64,000 nt of DNA from a virus: the IMG/VR virus record IMGVR_UViG_3300049489_001113, positions 36,479-100,478 of that record. One strand, 5' to 3'. Positions 56,063 to 64,000 of this stretch are shown in pieces. The notes under the pieces were generated by a model that saw nothing but the letters and a program-made list of their open reading frames with translations, searched no databases and was not told the DNA's origin. Position 1 is the stretch's first letter. Every line of letters starts with the position of its first letter. Made by a program: the position numbers and the translations under genes.

Positions 56063-56258
56063 CGTTCCCGCGACATCGGATCCGTCACGGGCGTGGGGTC
56101 ATCCTCCTCGAATGGGCGCTCGGGCGGCACGAGAGGGCACACGTGCACCCACCTGTCCCCCACGAGACGCCAGGACGGGTCGGAGTTGTCGAGCCCACAT
56201 AGCATGCACTCGAACCTACGCAGCAGGCCGGGGGCGGGCGACAGTGACTTCTCGCTGT

Positions 56259-56579
56259 TCACCCACCAGACGTATCCGGCGGTGGCGGATCCGACTTCGG
56301 CTTCTTCGGTCCGCCGAAGATCTCGAGGAGAACCTCGAACAGCGAGGTGAAGGTGTCGAGCCCGGCCTGCCCGACGATGTACCCGATCTCCACAGTGCCG
56401 AGGACGATCACCATCCCCAGCAGGAGAGTGGTGCTCCACTGGTCCAGCGGCAGCCATCGCCACATCCCGATCCCGATGAGGATCGTCCAGAGGAAGGAGG
56501 CGATGACGAACCCGATGAACTTCTTCGACTCGAGGGCGCCCTTGGCCATGGACCCGCGCTGCTTCATCGGCTCACCCAT
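56259..56579 (-). CDS. Putative holin (two TM segments)
   Basis: SKKF.., two TMs, YIVGQA.LD; TGATG-coupled to the endolysin. Confidence 0.7.
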   Translation of the reverse strand: MGEPMKQRGSMAKGALESKKFIGFVIASFLWTILIGIGMWRWLPLDQWSTTLLLGMVIVLGTVEIGYIVGQAGLDTFTSLFEVLLEIFGGPKKPKSDPPPPDTSGG

Positions 56580-57181
56580 CAGAACTTCTCCGCCGGCCAC
56601 TCGAGGACCGTGAGTGAGATCTTCGACCCGAGCCCGCTGCTCTTCTGCAGGTGCATCTTCTCCATGAACGAGAGGAAGTCCGCCTCTTTCTTGAACACTT
56701 GGCACCCCGCGCTCCACTTGTCGACTTGGCTCGAGTCCTTCCCTGCCTTGTGGATGTTGATCCCGGAGTTCGACGCGTCCTGCTCGTTCATCCCGTAGTC
56801 CAGCTCGGCGTCCTTGTCTGCGTCGCGCCAAACCTTGAGCACTCCGCACTGCCGCATCGCCTCGTACTGGTTCGGCTGCCCGATGTGGTGGAAGCTGATC
56901 TCGTGGCTCGCGCGGTACTGCCCTGGCTTCACGATCGCAGTACCCGCGACGCGCCCGGGGTTCTGCAGGTGGTACGACCCTGGGTCGGTCGTGCACGGCC
57001 ACGCGTTGAAGATCCAGGCGCCCTTCTCCCTGTAGAAGCAGCAGAGCAGATCGTCGAACGTGTTCGGCGTGCCGGGGATCCGACGCAGCGTGACCACGTT
57101 CATGTCGTGGTCCTTCGCGTCGAACACGACGTACCCGAGCCGCCGCATCTCCGCGATCACGGCTTCGACGGTGACACTCAC
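56579..57181 (-). CDS. Putative endolysin, L,D-transpeptidase-like fold
   Basis: N.FDD, TTDPG, GINIH...WSAGCQV His/Cys catalytic motif; next to holin. Confidence 0.75.
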   Translation of the reverse strand: MSVTVEAVIAEMRRLGYVVFDAKDHDMNVVTLRRIPGTPNTFDDLLCCFYREKGAWIFNAWPCTTDPGSYHLQNPGRVAGTAIVKPGQYRASHEISFHHIGQPNQYEAMRQCGVLKVWRDADKDAELDYGMNEQDASNSGINIHKAGKDSSQVDKWSAGCQVFKKEADFLSFMEKMHLQKSSGLGSKISLTVLEWPAEKF

Positions 57182-57348
57182 TTCTTCGCTGCCTTCTTCT
57201 TGGTGGTGGCCTTCTTGGTGAAGGGCGGGGCCATGTTGCCATTCCCACCCTTCGCTTCCCCGAGCCAGGGCGGCATCTTCTTGGTACCCTTCGCCGCACC
57301 GTTCTTCGGGGCCTTGCTCTTCTGGGACGCTGCGGCCTTCTTCGCCAT
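57178..57348 (-). CDS. Lys/Ala-rich basic peptide (56 aa, histone H1-like)
   Basis: MAKKAAASQKSKAPKNGAAKGTKKMPPWL...KKATTKKKAAKK; GGAGG RBS; GTGA overlap with endolysin; not in ORF track. Confidence 0.7.
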   Translation of the reverse strand: MAKKAAASQKSKAPKNGAAKGTKKMPPWLGEAKGGNGNMAPPFTKKATTKKKAAKK

Positions 57349-57369
57349 GGGAACCTCCAGAGCGAAAGC

Positions 57370-57612
57370 CTACCACGCGAGCGGGTAGCGGTCCTCGATC
57401 AGCCGGATCAACGCACGGTGCGTGCGCACAGGCTCGAGTAGATGCGCCCTGCGCACGTCGGCCGGGACGTCGATGAGGCAGCACCACGTCTCCACCACAC
57501 TTCCGTCGGGGGAACGGATCATCCCGCCTGTATGGATACGCCACCCGTCGATCCGCTCCCATACGGCAGGGCAGGTGGTGTACCTCTCCCATCGGCGCAG
57601 GGGCTCACTCAT
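57370..57612 (-). CDS. Hypothetical protein
   Basis: Packed minus-strand run. Confidence 0.5.
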   Translation of the reverse strand: MSEPLRRWERYTTCPAVWERIDGWRIHTGGMIRSPDGSVVETWCCLIDVPADVRRAHLLEPVRTHRALIRLIEDRYPLAW

Positions 57613-57817
57613 CAGCGGCCCCAAGCGAGACCACGTAGACCTTGTGCGGCGTCTTCTTCACGTACGATTTCGGCATCCGTGGGAACCAGGATCCATTGCG
57701 CCTCTTGTCGAGGCACGGCTCACCCACAGGCGCGTAGCACACGTCACACGATTCAAGGTCAACACGTCTCGGCTCGGGCCGGAAGGCGCGTGTGGGCATC
57801 TCACGTTTCATCGTCAT
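57605..57817 (-). CDS. Small zinc-finger protein
   Basis: CDVC.A..GEPC....H motif. Confidence 0.55.
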   Translation of the reverse strand: MTMKREMPTRAFRPEPRRVDLESCDVCYAPVGEPCLDKRRNGSWFPRMPKSYVKKTPHKVYVVSLGAADE

Positions 57818-58325
57818 CCCCGAGTGCGATGTGGCGGAACCTGTCGTCGTGCACGGGGGCGAGTGTCCGCGCCTCCGAGGTGGTGGTCTCCATGTCGAGC
57901 AGCGGAAGCAGTGGGCCCTGCAATCCAGCCCGCGTCAGCGGCGGCGGGGGAGGAACAGGCAACGGCACAGCCCCCACCTTCTTCGTCTTGCTGGATCTTC
58001 CGATGGTGAAGTAGTCCTCGTCTGGCCCGAGCGCGAGAAACCGCGCCTCGTCGTAGACGACGTCCTGCAGAGGCACGGCACCGGGGATCCACCGGCGGGA
58101 GTAGGGGTCCGTCCACGAGGTCAGGCGCCGCGCCTCCAACACCGGGGGGTTCCCCACCGCGATGCGCACGAACACCACGGTTCCGCCCGAGACTGGATCT
58201 CTGACCTCAGTGACGATCGCGCTTCTGGGCCAGCCTTGAAACACCACACCGAGGGGGCGCCCACAGTCGGCGTACCTGCGCGCCATGTCGGGGATGGACA
58301 TCAATGGCGACGAATACGATGTCAC
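57801..58325 (-). CDS. Hypothetical protein (174 aa)
   Basis: GTGA coupling; GC3 bias. Confidence 0.55.
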   Translation of the reverse strand: MTSYSSPLMSIPDMARRYADCGRPLGVVFQGWPRSAIVTEVRDPVSGGTVVFVRIAVGNPPVLEARRLTSWTDPYSRRWIPGAVPLQDVVYDEARFLALGPDEDYFTIGRSSKTKKVGAVPLPVPPPPPLTRAGLQGPLLPLLDMETTTSEARTLAPVHDDRFRHIALGDDDET

Positions 58326-58831
58326 GACTTCTCCCGGTCGCCGAGCACCATGCTGCGGAACCGCTCGCGCTCCACTGGGGAGAGATCGATCTTCGGGTTC
58401 CCCAAGTCCGACGGCTCGATGGGCTGCACCGGGATGCTGTCGATCTGGTCGATCTGGTACCGCATGATCTCCACCCTACGGTCGTAGTCCTCGGGTGAGG
58501 TACCCGGCACCTCGTACTCCTTGACGCTGCCGAACCCCAACTGCCAATAGGGCTCCCCGCGGTACGAGAGCTGCTCACCGATCACCACCGGGAGACCCAT
58601 GAACTGGTTCATGCCTCGCAAATCCTGGAGCCCGTACATGTCGGCCCGCGCCGAATCCTCGAGGTCCGTGCGCTGCTGCGGACTGCACAGGAGCACCTGT
58701 GGCGGGCGGCAGAATCTGGCTTCGAAGTCAACGTACGCGGTGCGGAACGTGTTGACGGTGAGTCGGTCGAAGCAGCGCACCCACGTGGTCATCTCGTAGG
58801 TCTCACCGAAGATCGCGTTCCTGGAGTACAT
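58322..58831 (-). CDS. Hypothetical protein (169 aa)
   Basis: TGATG coupling; GC3 bias. Confidence 0.65.
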   Translation of the reverse strand: MYSRNAIFGETYEMTTWVRCFDRLTVNTFRTAYVDFEARFCRPPQVLLCSPQQRTDLEDSARADMYGLQDLRGMNQFMGLPVVIGEQLSYRGEPYWQLGFGSVKEYEVPGTSPEDYDRRVEIMRYQIDQIDSIPVQPIEPSDLGNPKIDLSPVERERFRSMVLGDREKS

Positions 58832-59406
58832 CAGGTTGTACCCCCGACCAGATCTGCGACATCCACAAGCCGGAACCCTGTGACCTCAGGGCTGACATTC
58901 ACGAACTCACCACGCTCCCCATACCTGTGGGGGCGCTTCGAGTGTGAGTGCCCGTGGATGCAGAGCTTGTACTCACCAGTCGACCACGCGGCGACGACTT
59001 GCCCACGCCAGGTCTTCTCCGTACCGGACTCTTCCTGCCGCGACCGTGCCGCGAACGGTGGGTAGTGCGACAAGAGCACAGGTACGCCGTAGAACTCGTC
59101 CCCCACGAGACCCCTGTGCCCGTGCACGCCGTTGCGCTCGAGGTAGCCGACGGAGAAACTGCGATCGTGGTTGCCGAGGATCCAGTGCTTCGTGCCGGGG
59201 AGAGAGCGGAACCGCGCGAGCTGCATGTCACGGTAGGTGCGATCCCCGAAGCAGAAGTCGCCGAGGAACCACACCGTGTCCTCAGGACGCACCTGCTCCT
59301 CCCAGGCACGCCAGAGAACATCCTCGAAGTCGAACGGGCGCGTCGGCTCGTACGCGAGGATGTTCTGGTGCCCGAGGTGCCAGTCACTGGTGAGGAAGAT
59401 GGTCAT
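58831..59406 (-). CDS. Calcineurin-like metallophosphoesterase
   Basis: SDWHLGH, LGDF, GNHD, SHYP, HGHSH motifs. Confidence 0.9.
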   Translation of the reverse strand: MTIFLTSDWHLGHQNILAYEPTRPFDFEDVLWRAWEEQVRPEDTVWFLGDFCFGDRTYRDMQLARFRSLPGTKHWILGNHDRSFSVGYLERNGVHGHRGLVGDEFYGVPVLLSHYPPFAARSRQEESGTEKTWRGQVVAAWSTGEYKLCIHGHSHSKRPHRYGERGEFVNVSPEVTGFRLVDVADLVGGTT

Positions 59407-59646
59407 GGCAGCACCCGCACGAGCCACGAGAACACGCGGTTCACGGTGCCGTTCGAGAACCCGATCCGTTCAAGGAACCGCGCGAACCGCTTCATCACCG
59501 TGAAGCGCCGCCACGACACGTCGAAGCACGACGTGCAGAGCGTAGTCGCCACCATCGGCCCATCGTCGGTCGGCAGGATCGCGGGCGATGCTCTGCCCCC
59601 ACACACATGCGGCACACGTTCTCGAGTCCATGTCGGAAGTCGTCGG

Positions 59647-59991
59647 TCACGTCTCCCCCTTCGCCGGATCCACAGGGACCAGATCGTACTCAGAGACGTG
59701 GTCGAACTCCGTGTTCTGCACCTCGCAGTCCTCCTCGCAGGAGAAGACATCGAACCCCGGTCCACCCTTCGCCGTGCAGCCAGGGAGGTGCTCGACTCTG
59801 CTCGTCTCGACGACGCGCTCCGCGATCGGGCCCCACATGATGTACTCGACCTCCTCGGGCCATCCGTAGCTGGATGCTTCGTCGCGCATGCTGTCGAGTG
59901 CGCTCTCGCACCGCGACTGCGCTTCACTCCCGGTGGCGTGGGTCTCCCAAGTGTCGCCGTCGAAGGACCAGAACCGGTGTGTGGTGTGCAT
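59647..59991 (-). CDS. Hypothetical acidic protein (114 aa), leaderless
   Basis: ATG 6 nt downstream of a -10 box. Confidence 0.65.
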   Translation of the reverse strand: MHTTHRFWSFDGDTWETHATGSEAQSRCESALDSMRDEASSYGWPEEVEYIMWGPIAERVVETSRVEHLPGCTAKGGPGFDVFSCEEDCEVQNTEFDHVSEYDLVPVDPAKGET

Positions 59992-59997
59992 GACGGG

Positions 59998-60026
59998 ACC
60001 ATACCATCAAGTGTTGAGGTAGTCAA
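59998..60026 (-). promoter_or_regulatory. Sigma70-type promoter with operator box
   Basis: TTGACT-17-TATGGT on minus strand; CATCAAgtgTTGAGG in spacer. Confidence 0.7.
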
Positions 60027-60038
60027 TGCGCAGTAGCG

Positions 60039-60515
60039 TCAGTACCCGCAGATCTTGAACTCCTGCCTGTACGACACCATCAACGGATGCCGCGGCTCCC
60101 CCGACTTCGTTCGCCCGAGGTGCACCACGTTCCGGCACCGCTCCTGGAAGAACTTCGTCGCGCGGCTCACCCACTGGGGCGCGAACCGCCCGTTGGAGCC
60201 CCAGGCGAGGACGACCGTGTCGCAGTCCGCCACCCAGGCCCACGCCAGAAGTTGCTCCTCCGGATGTCCACAGCGATCCATCTCGGCCGCCGCGAGGAGT
60301 TCCTTCGGGTCGGTGGCGCGCAGCGGGTACAGGTTGCAGATCCTGATCCCGGTGAACCCGTTCGCCACCGCGAATCCCTTGCACTTGCGGATGGTCGGAT
60401 CGTCCTTCATGTGGTCAGCGGTGCTCGGATTGAGCATGCAGAACCCGAGCAACCGGGGCTGCGTGATCCCCGGCACGAGATCGCGCTCGAGGCGGTAGCG
60501 GTACAGGTGCGTCAT
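60039..60515 (-). CDS. DUF1643 family protein
   Basis: YRY.L.R, MLNPSTAD..DDPT, NL..LRATDP, LAWG, G.TK.G.PRHPL. Confidence 0.88.
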   Translation of the reverse strand: MTHLYRYRLERDLVPGITQPRLLGFCMLNPSTADHMKDDPTIRKCKGFAVANGFTGIRICNLYPLRATDPKELLAAAEMDRCGHPEEQLLAWAWVADCDTVVLAWGSNGRFAPQWVSRATKFFQERCRNVVHLGRTKSGEPRHPLMVSYRQEFKICGY

Positions 60516-61573
60516 CGACCGACCCCCTCGTGACAGCGGCAGTCGACTTCGCCGCAATGCGGGCACTCGCCGTTCGGACCCAACTGGCTGTCCCTGATCC
60601 TGCGGTACTCCGCGCCACCGTCCCAGCGATCCACTTCGCCCTTCCGCCACTCGGCCCCGCATGTGTCGATCACCCCGGAGTCGCGCTCCCGCCACAACGC
60701 GGAGAACCGCTGCTGTACGGCGGCGAGCCACCCCACCTCGACGGGGTCGTAGCCGAAACCCGGTGTGCGCTCGAGCTGCATCTCCTCCGCGACGGCGGCG
60801 CAGCAACGACGCAGCTCGTCCTCCCTGTCGCGTCGCAGTTCCTCGTTGAGGCAGGCGAGCGTCAGGGGCTCCACCTGCGCGTCGGGGTCGTCGTTCTGCG
60901 CGATCACCTGCAGGTCCTCGCGAGCCAGCCCGACGTTCCAACCCTTCTGGAGGAACTTCTCCGCGAGGTAGGACTCGCCCAACTCCCCCGCGAACCAGGC
61001 GAGGCTCTTCCCCCGAGCGTGCACCACCCCCAGGTCGGTGATCAGTAGGTCCCCGGTGATCGTGAGCCCCGTCGGTGTCTCGCAGATCTGGACGAGGTAG
61101 ACGCCTGTGCCTTCGCGCCGCATCACCGCGACCCGGACCCCCTCGGTATCCACCAGGATCTCGAGCCGGTGATCGCGCAGGGCGCGCACCATGTGCTCCT
61201 CCACGCGCCCCGTGCGTGCAGCGCGGGACACGAGGGCCCCGCCCTCCGCGACCACCACCTCACGCCTGTGTCCGGCGAGCCCGCTCAGCACGTCGGACAG
61301 GGTCTCTTTCTTCTTGTCACCCACGGTCTCCTCCTTCGGCGCTGTCGCGCGAACAACGGTCTGACGCAGGCACCTCGGGCACCGATCCTGCGCGCGCAGC
61401 TCCACCCAGTGCGCTCCCCTGTGCCCCGCCGTCAGGTTGCAGCGCAGACCTTGCTTCGACCTGGCGTTGCACCATGTCCACCCGAGCCGACATGCGGTGC
61501 ACGTGAGGCGCCCCCTGTACGGCTTCGTCAAGGCGAGTCCCAGCGTGTGAACTCCCGCAGCAGGTTCCCCCAC
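60512..61573 (-). CDS. Hypothetical protein (start 61573 or 61324)
   Basis: Long ORF; L.ITGD..YLAEK motif; strong RBS before GTG at 61324. Confidence 0.6.
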   Translation of the reverse strand: MGEPAAGVHTLGLALTKPYRGRLTCTACRLGWTWCNARSKQGLRCNLTAGHRGAHWVELRAQDRCPRCLRQTVVRATAPKEETVGDKKKETLSDVLSGLAGHRREVVVAEGGALVSRAARTGRVEEHMVRALRDHRLEILVDTEGVRVAVMRREGTGVYLVQICETPTGLTITGDLLITDLGVVHARGKSLAWFAGELGESYLAEKFLQKGWNVGLAREDLQVIAQNDDPDAQVEPLTLACLNEELRRDREDELRRCCAAVAEEMQLERTPGFGYDPVEVGWLAAVQQRFSALWRERDSGVIDTCGAEWRKGEVDRWDGGAEYRRIRDSQLGPNGECPHCGEVDCRCHEGVGR

Positions 61574-61875
61574 CTACATTCGATCGCGAAGTGATCCACG
61601 AGGACCACGCAGTTCGGGTGTGAGCCGATCATGCGGAGGTTCTGCCAGTCGAACTGGCGCGACTCGCCGGACTCGAAGCTGATCTGTCCTCCCTGTGAAG
61701 GCACGTACACCTTGGTGCCGGCGAGGGTGGCCCCCACGACACGGGCGGCCACACTGGCCCGCAGCACTTCGGCGTGCTTCGCCGTGGCACCCACGACGAA
61801 GACGTAGCTGCCGTTCGCCGCCAACCACACCGCGTGGTCGAGCATCCTCGTCGTGCGGCCCGTTCTACGGTTCAC
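61528..61875 (-). CDS. Hypothetical protein with RRTGRTTRM P-loop-like start
   Basis: GRTT..and VLVDH motifs; GTGA coupling. Confidence 0.6.
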   Translation of the reverse strand: MNRRTGRTTRMLDHAVWLAANGSYVFVVGATAKHAEVLRASVAARVVGATLAGTKVYVPSQGGQISFESGESRQFDWQNLRMIGSHPNCVVLVDHFAIECRWGNLLREFTRWDSP

Positions 61876-62164
61876 GGGGCCCCCGTACGCGGCAGCATGG
61901 GTGAGAAGTCATCGAGGACAAATACCATCTGCTCACCGCGGGTCATGTGCAGCCTCCTTCTCCCCGCCCCACGCTGCGGCGAACGCGGCCTCCTCGGTGG
62001 AGTGGAAGCGCGTCGTGCCGTCCCTGCAGAAATCCTCGAGGCGGGTGTGGAAGTGCTGCGCGCGACGCTTGATCGCGCCCGCTCCGGCCCAGAAGGCGAC
62101 GAACCGACGCTTGCCCTCGCGGTCCGGCCTGTCGTCGAGCAGCACGACGTGCATGGTAGGTGGA

Positions 62165-62389
62165 TCACCAGGAGTCACGGTCGGCCTCCTTCGCCACGTT
62201 CTCGGGCACTGTCCGCGGGTGCGAAGCACGCAAGTCGTCGATCTCCGCGAGAAGCTCGCGCACGTCGTCGAGGTACACCAGCAGGTCCACGGTCTCCGCC
62301 TTCAACCAGGCGTCGTCGTCCGATCCGGGTGGGATGCACAGCACGGCGTGCCTCATCCGGATGCGCTCGATCTCCTGGTGGCGGCTCAT
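62165..62389 (-). CDS. Hypothetical protein (74 aa)
   Basis: Packed run; GC3 bias. Confidence 0.5.
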   Translation of the reverse strand: MSRHQEIERIRMRHAVLCIPPGSDDDAWLKAETVDLLVYLDDVRELLAEIDDLRASHPRTVPENVAKEADRDSW

Positions 62390-62730
62390 CGTTCACCAGA
62401 GGTGGTGCCCGGAACGCTTTCCGGTACCGCAGGAACCTCCCCGGTGGTGGAAGCGATCTCCTCCTCGAGGGCGGCGGCGCACATCCGACGCAGCTTCATC
62501 GCCACACGCACGGCTCGCTCCTCCGACCAGTCCTGGTGTCCGGCCATCAGCGTGGCGGCCGTGTTCACCACGTCGGACGTCGACAGCATGTGTGACTGGC
62601 GCAACTGCCGCTCGAGAGAGCAGACGAAATGCGCCACCTCCTGCGCCCGGACAGCGTCCGACAGCCCCTCGCACCACTTCACGGTCTGCGCGTGTCTGAC
62701 CTTGTCGATCATCGAACCCCCAGTCCGCAT
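62386..62730 (-). CDS. Hypothetical protein (start 62730 or 62712)
   Basis: Downstream of promoter at 62731-62760. Confidence 0.55.
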   Translation of the reverse strand: MRTGGSMIDKVRHAQTVKWCEGLSDAVRAQEVAHFVCSLERQLRQSHMLSTSDVVNTAATLMAGHQDWSEERAVRVAMKLRRMCAAALEEEIASTTGEVPAVPESVPGTTSGER

Positions 62731-62760
62731 ATGGTAACATCAACCATTGATGCTTGTCAA
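62731..62760 (-). promoter_or_regulatory. Sigma70-type promoter with perfect operator palindrome
   Basis: TTGACA-18-TACCAT on minus strand; CATCAAccaTTGATG at 62738-62752. Confidence 0.72.
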
Positions 62761-62767
62761 GCGGGGA

Positions 62768-63058
62768 TCACTGGAACTCGTCGCCGCGGACGACAGGCGC
62801 GGCTTCGACCCAGGCCCACTCCCCGTCGACGCGGTCCACACGCAGCGGATGCCCGAGCCGCACACCGAGGAGCAACAACCGCTCGAGGTTGGCTCGGTGC
62901 ACCACACGCGGGGCGCCGACCAGAGGTCCACCCCGCAGCGACTCTCGGATCGAGCACCACTCCACACCGAGCACGAAACACTGCTGCGATGTGAGCCCGT
63001 ATAGCTGCCCGTCGTCGATGTCGAACGGAAGACTCAACCGGAAGTCGTGGTCGGACAC
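62768..63058 (-). CDS. Hypothetical protein
   Basis: GAGGAGG RBS before GTG; LPFDID.G.L.GL....CFVLG.E. Confidence 0.6.
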   Translation of the reverse strand: MSDHDFRLSLPFDIDDGQLYGLTSQQCFVLGVEWCSIRESLRGGPLVGAPRVVHRANLERLLLLGVRLGHPLRVDRVDGEWAWVEAAPVVRGDEFQ

Positions 63059-63258
63059 GGATCCCTCCTCTCGATCAACAAGACGGCCAACTCGCGCACC
63101 AGATCCTGCGCGCACGGATCGCACACCGGCGATCGCTCCAGGCCGAAGTGCGTGAACGTCAACTGCCCGCACCGGGCGCAACTCGGATCCTCATCATCCT
63201 CCGGCAGGTCATCCGAGTCCGCAGCCAGCAGGTCCAACAGCTCAATGGTCGCCCTCAT
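63034..63258 (-). CDS. Small zinc-finger protein
   Basis: CARC...CDPC motifs; ATGA coupling. Confidence 0.55.
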   Translation of the reverse strand: MRATIELLDLLAADSDDLPEDDEDPSCARCGQLTFTHFGLERSPVCDPCAQDLVRELAVLLIERRDPCPTTTSG

Positions 63259-63467
63259 CCCCCGTCCTCCTCATCCGCAGTGAGCACCGCCTGGCCGACC
63301 GCGTGGTCCCGCGCGATCAGCGCCACCTCCTCAGGCTTCAACAACACGCCGCGTCCGTGAACAGCAGCCACGACGATCCGCGCGTAGACGCCGGCCACAC
63401 CCGGCTCGCCGAGACGGAGCAACCTGCGCGCCGCGGTGGCGAGATGGGCCCCCGGTGTGAAGCGCAT
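63255..63467 (-). CDS. Hypothetical protein (70 aa)
   Basis: TGATG coupling. Confidence 0.5.
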   Translation of the reverse strand: MRFTPGAHLATAARRLLRLGEPGVAGVYARIVVAAVHGRGVLLKPEEVALIARDHAVGQAVLTADEEDGG

Positions 63468-63994
63468 CAGCCGTCCTCCCCTTCATCCGGGATGGGTTCG
63501 TTCGGCAGGTCCCACCCCATCGCGGACCAGCTCTCCGGTTTCGACTCTTCATCCCCCACCACATCTTTCTCAGGGACGTACAATGTCCCCTGGCGTCGCA
63601 TCCGCTCGAGGTCCCTGGCCGACAGCCGGGATGCGCGTTCCGCATCCTCCCTCAGCGATCTGGCCTCGTCCCGCAGCGCCGCGGCCTTGACCAGATCCGG
63701 ATGGGGCTGGGTCGGCGCGGAAGGTGGCCCACCGTCCGTCAACTCCTCGAGCCGGACCGATCCCCTCCGCAACCCGGCGCGGACCAGGGCCACCGCGAAC
63801 CCGAGCAGGTACTCCACCTGGGACGGGATCCGCACCATCTTCCCCCTGAAGGTGCGTCGTCTCCACCCCTTCGGCTGGCGTGTCTTCGGCAACTCCCCGC
63901 GATGAACCATCGTCCTCACCGCAGCCGGCGTCAGGCACAACACCTCCGCCACATCCTCCACCGTCACCGGGTCGAGGAAGACCCCCCGCCCCAA
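63467..63994 (-). CDS. Protein with N-terminal excisionase-like HTH (possibly 5' truncated)
   Basis: TVEDVAEVL.LT..AVR.MV.RGELP HTH_17-like pattern. Confidence 0.6.
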   Translation of the reverse strand: MGRGVFLDPVTVEDVAEVLCLTPAAVRTMVHRGELPKTRQPKGWRRRTFRGKMVRIPSQVEYLLGFAVALVRAGLRRGSVRLEELTDGGPPSAPTQPHPDLVKAAALRDEARSLREDAERASRLSARDLERMRRQGTLYVPEKDVVGDEESKPESWSAMGWDLPNEPIPDEGEDG

Positions 63995-64000
63995 CCCCGT

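Larger units (their letters stand above)
1..64000. mobile_element. Segment of a contractile-tailed dsDNA phage (or prophage) genome
   Basis: Contiguous terminase-portal-capsid-neck-sheath-tube-tape measure-baseplate module plus a phage replication module; no host housekeeping genes or att/integrase seen. Confidence 0.95.

Noticed and set aside
59403-59650. Small gene between the phosphoesterase and the 114-aa ORF
   Set aside because: Two frames are plausible and neither start nor frame could be fixed from sequence alone.
1-64000. tRNA/rRNA genes, integrase/att sites, reverse transcriptase or diversity-generating retroelement, alternative genetic code
   Set aside because: None recognised by eye; genes end normally at TAG/TGA/TAA with tight packing under the standard code. 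A tRNA/ncRNA covariance scan was not run.

Overview
This is a high-GC (roughly 65-70% by eye) segment of a tailed dsDNA phage genome with a contractile tail (myovirus), almost all on the minus strand. No host genes, integrase, tRNA/rRNA or CRISPR array were seen. Reading in transcription order from right to left: (i) ~51.5-64 kb holds small accessory genes, including HU, a DUF4406-like protein, a metallophosphoesterase, DUF1643, and a holin plus L,D-transpeptidase-like endolysin. Several sigma70-type promoters here share a CATCAA-N3-TTGATG operator. (ii) An MBD4-like DNA glycosylase is fused to homing-endonuclease-type DNA-binding modules. (iii) The head module comprises TerL, SPP1-type portal, minor head, scaffold, N4-gp56-type major capsid and neck genes. 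(iv) The tail/baseplate module resembles extracellular contractile injection systems (Pvc16-like, sheath, tube, frameshifted chaperone, tape measure, CIS-tube, LysM, hub, spike, gp25, J-like, split P2-I-like wedge, DUF6519-like). It carries a matrixin-type metalloprotease, a patatin phospholipase and an HNH endonuclease. (v) The replication/nucleotide operon encodes an HTH regulator, an initiator containing an iteron origin, a catalytically degenerate DnaC-like loader, DnaB helicase, intein-containing ThyX, dNMP kinase, primase and an MT-A70 methyltransferase. The most unusual observations are: an HNH-AP2 element that appears to have inserted into the methyltransferase and supplied a replacement C-terminus, leaving the original one orphaned; the zinc-finger/HTH-glycosylase fusion near an apparently recoded patch over the TerL Walker A; and the eCIS-like tail with embedded hydrolases. 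All family assignments come from motif recognition by eye; no database searches were run.
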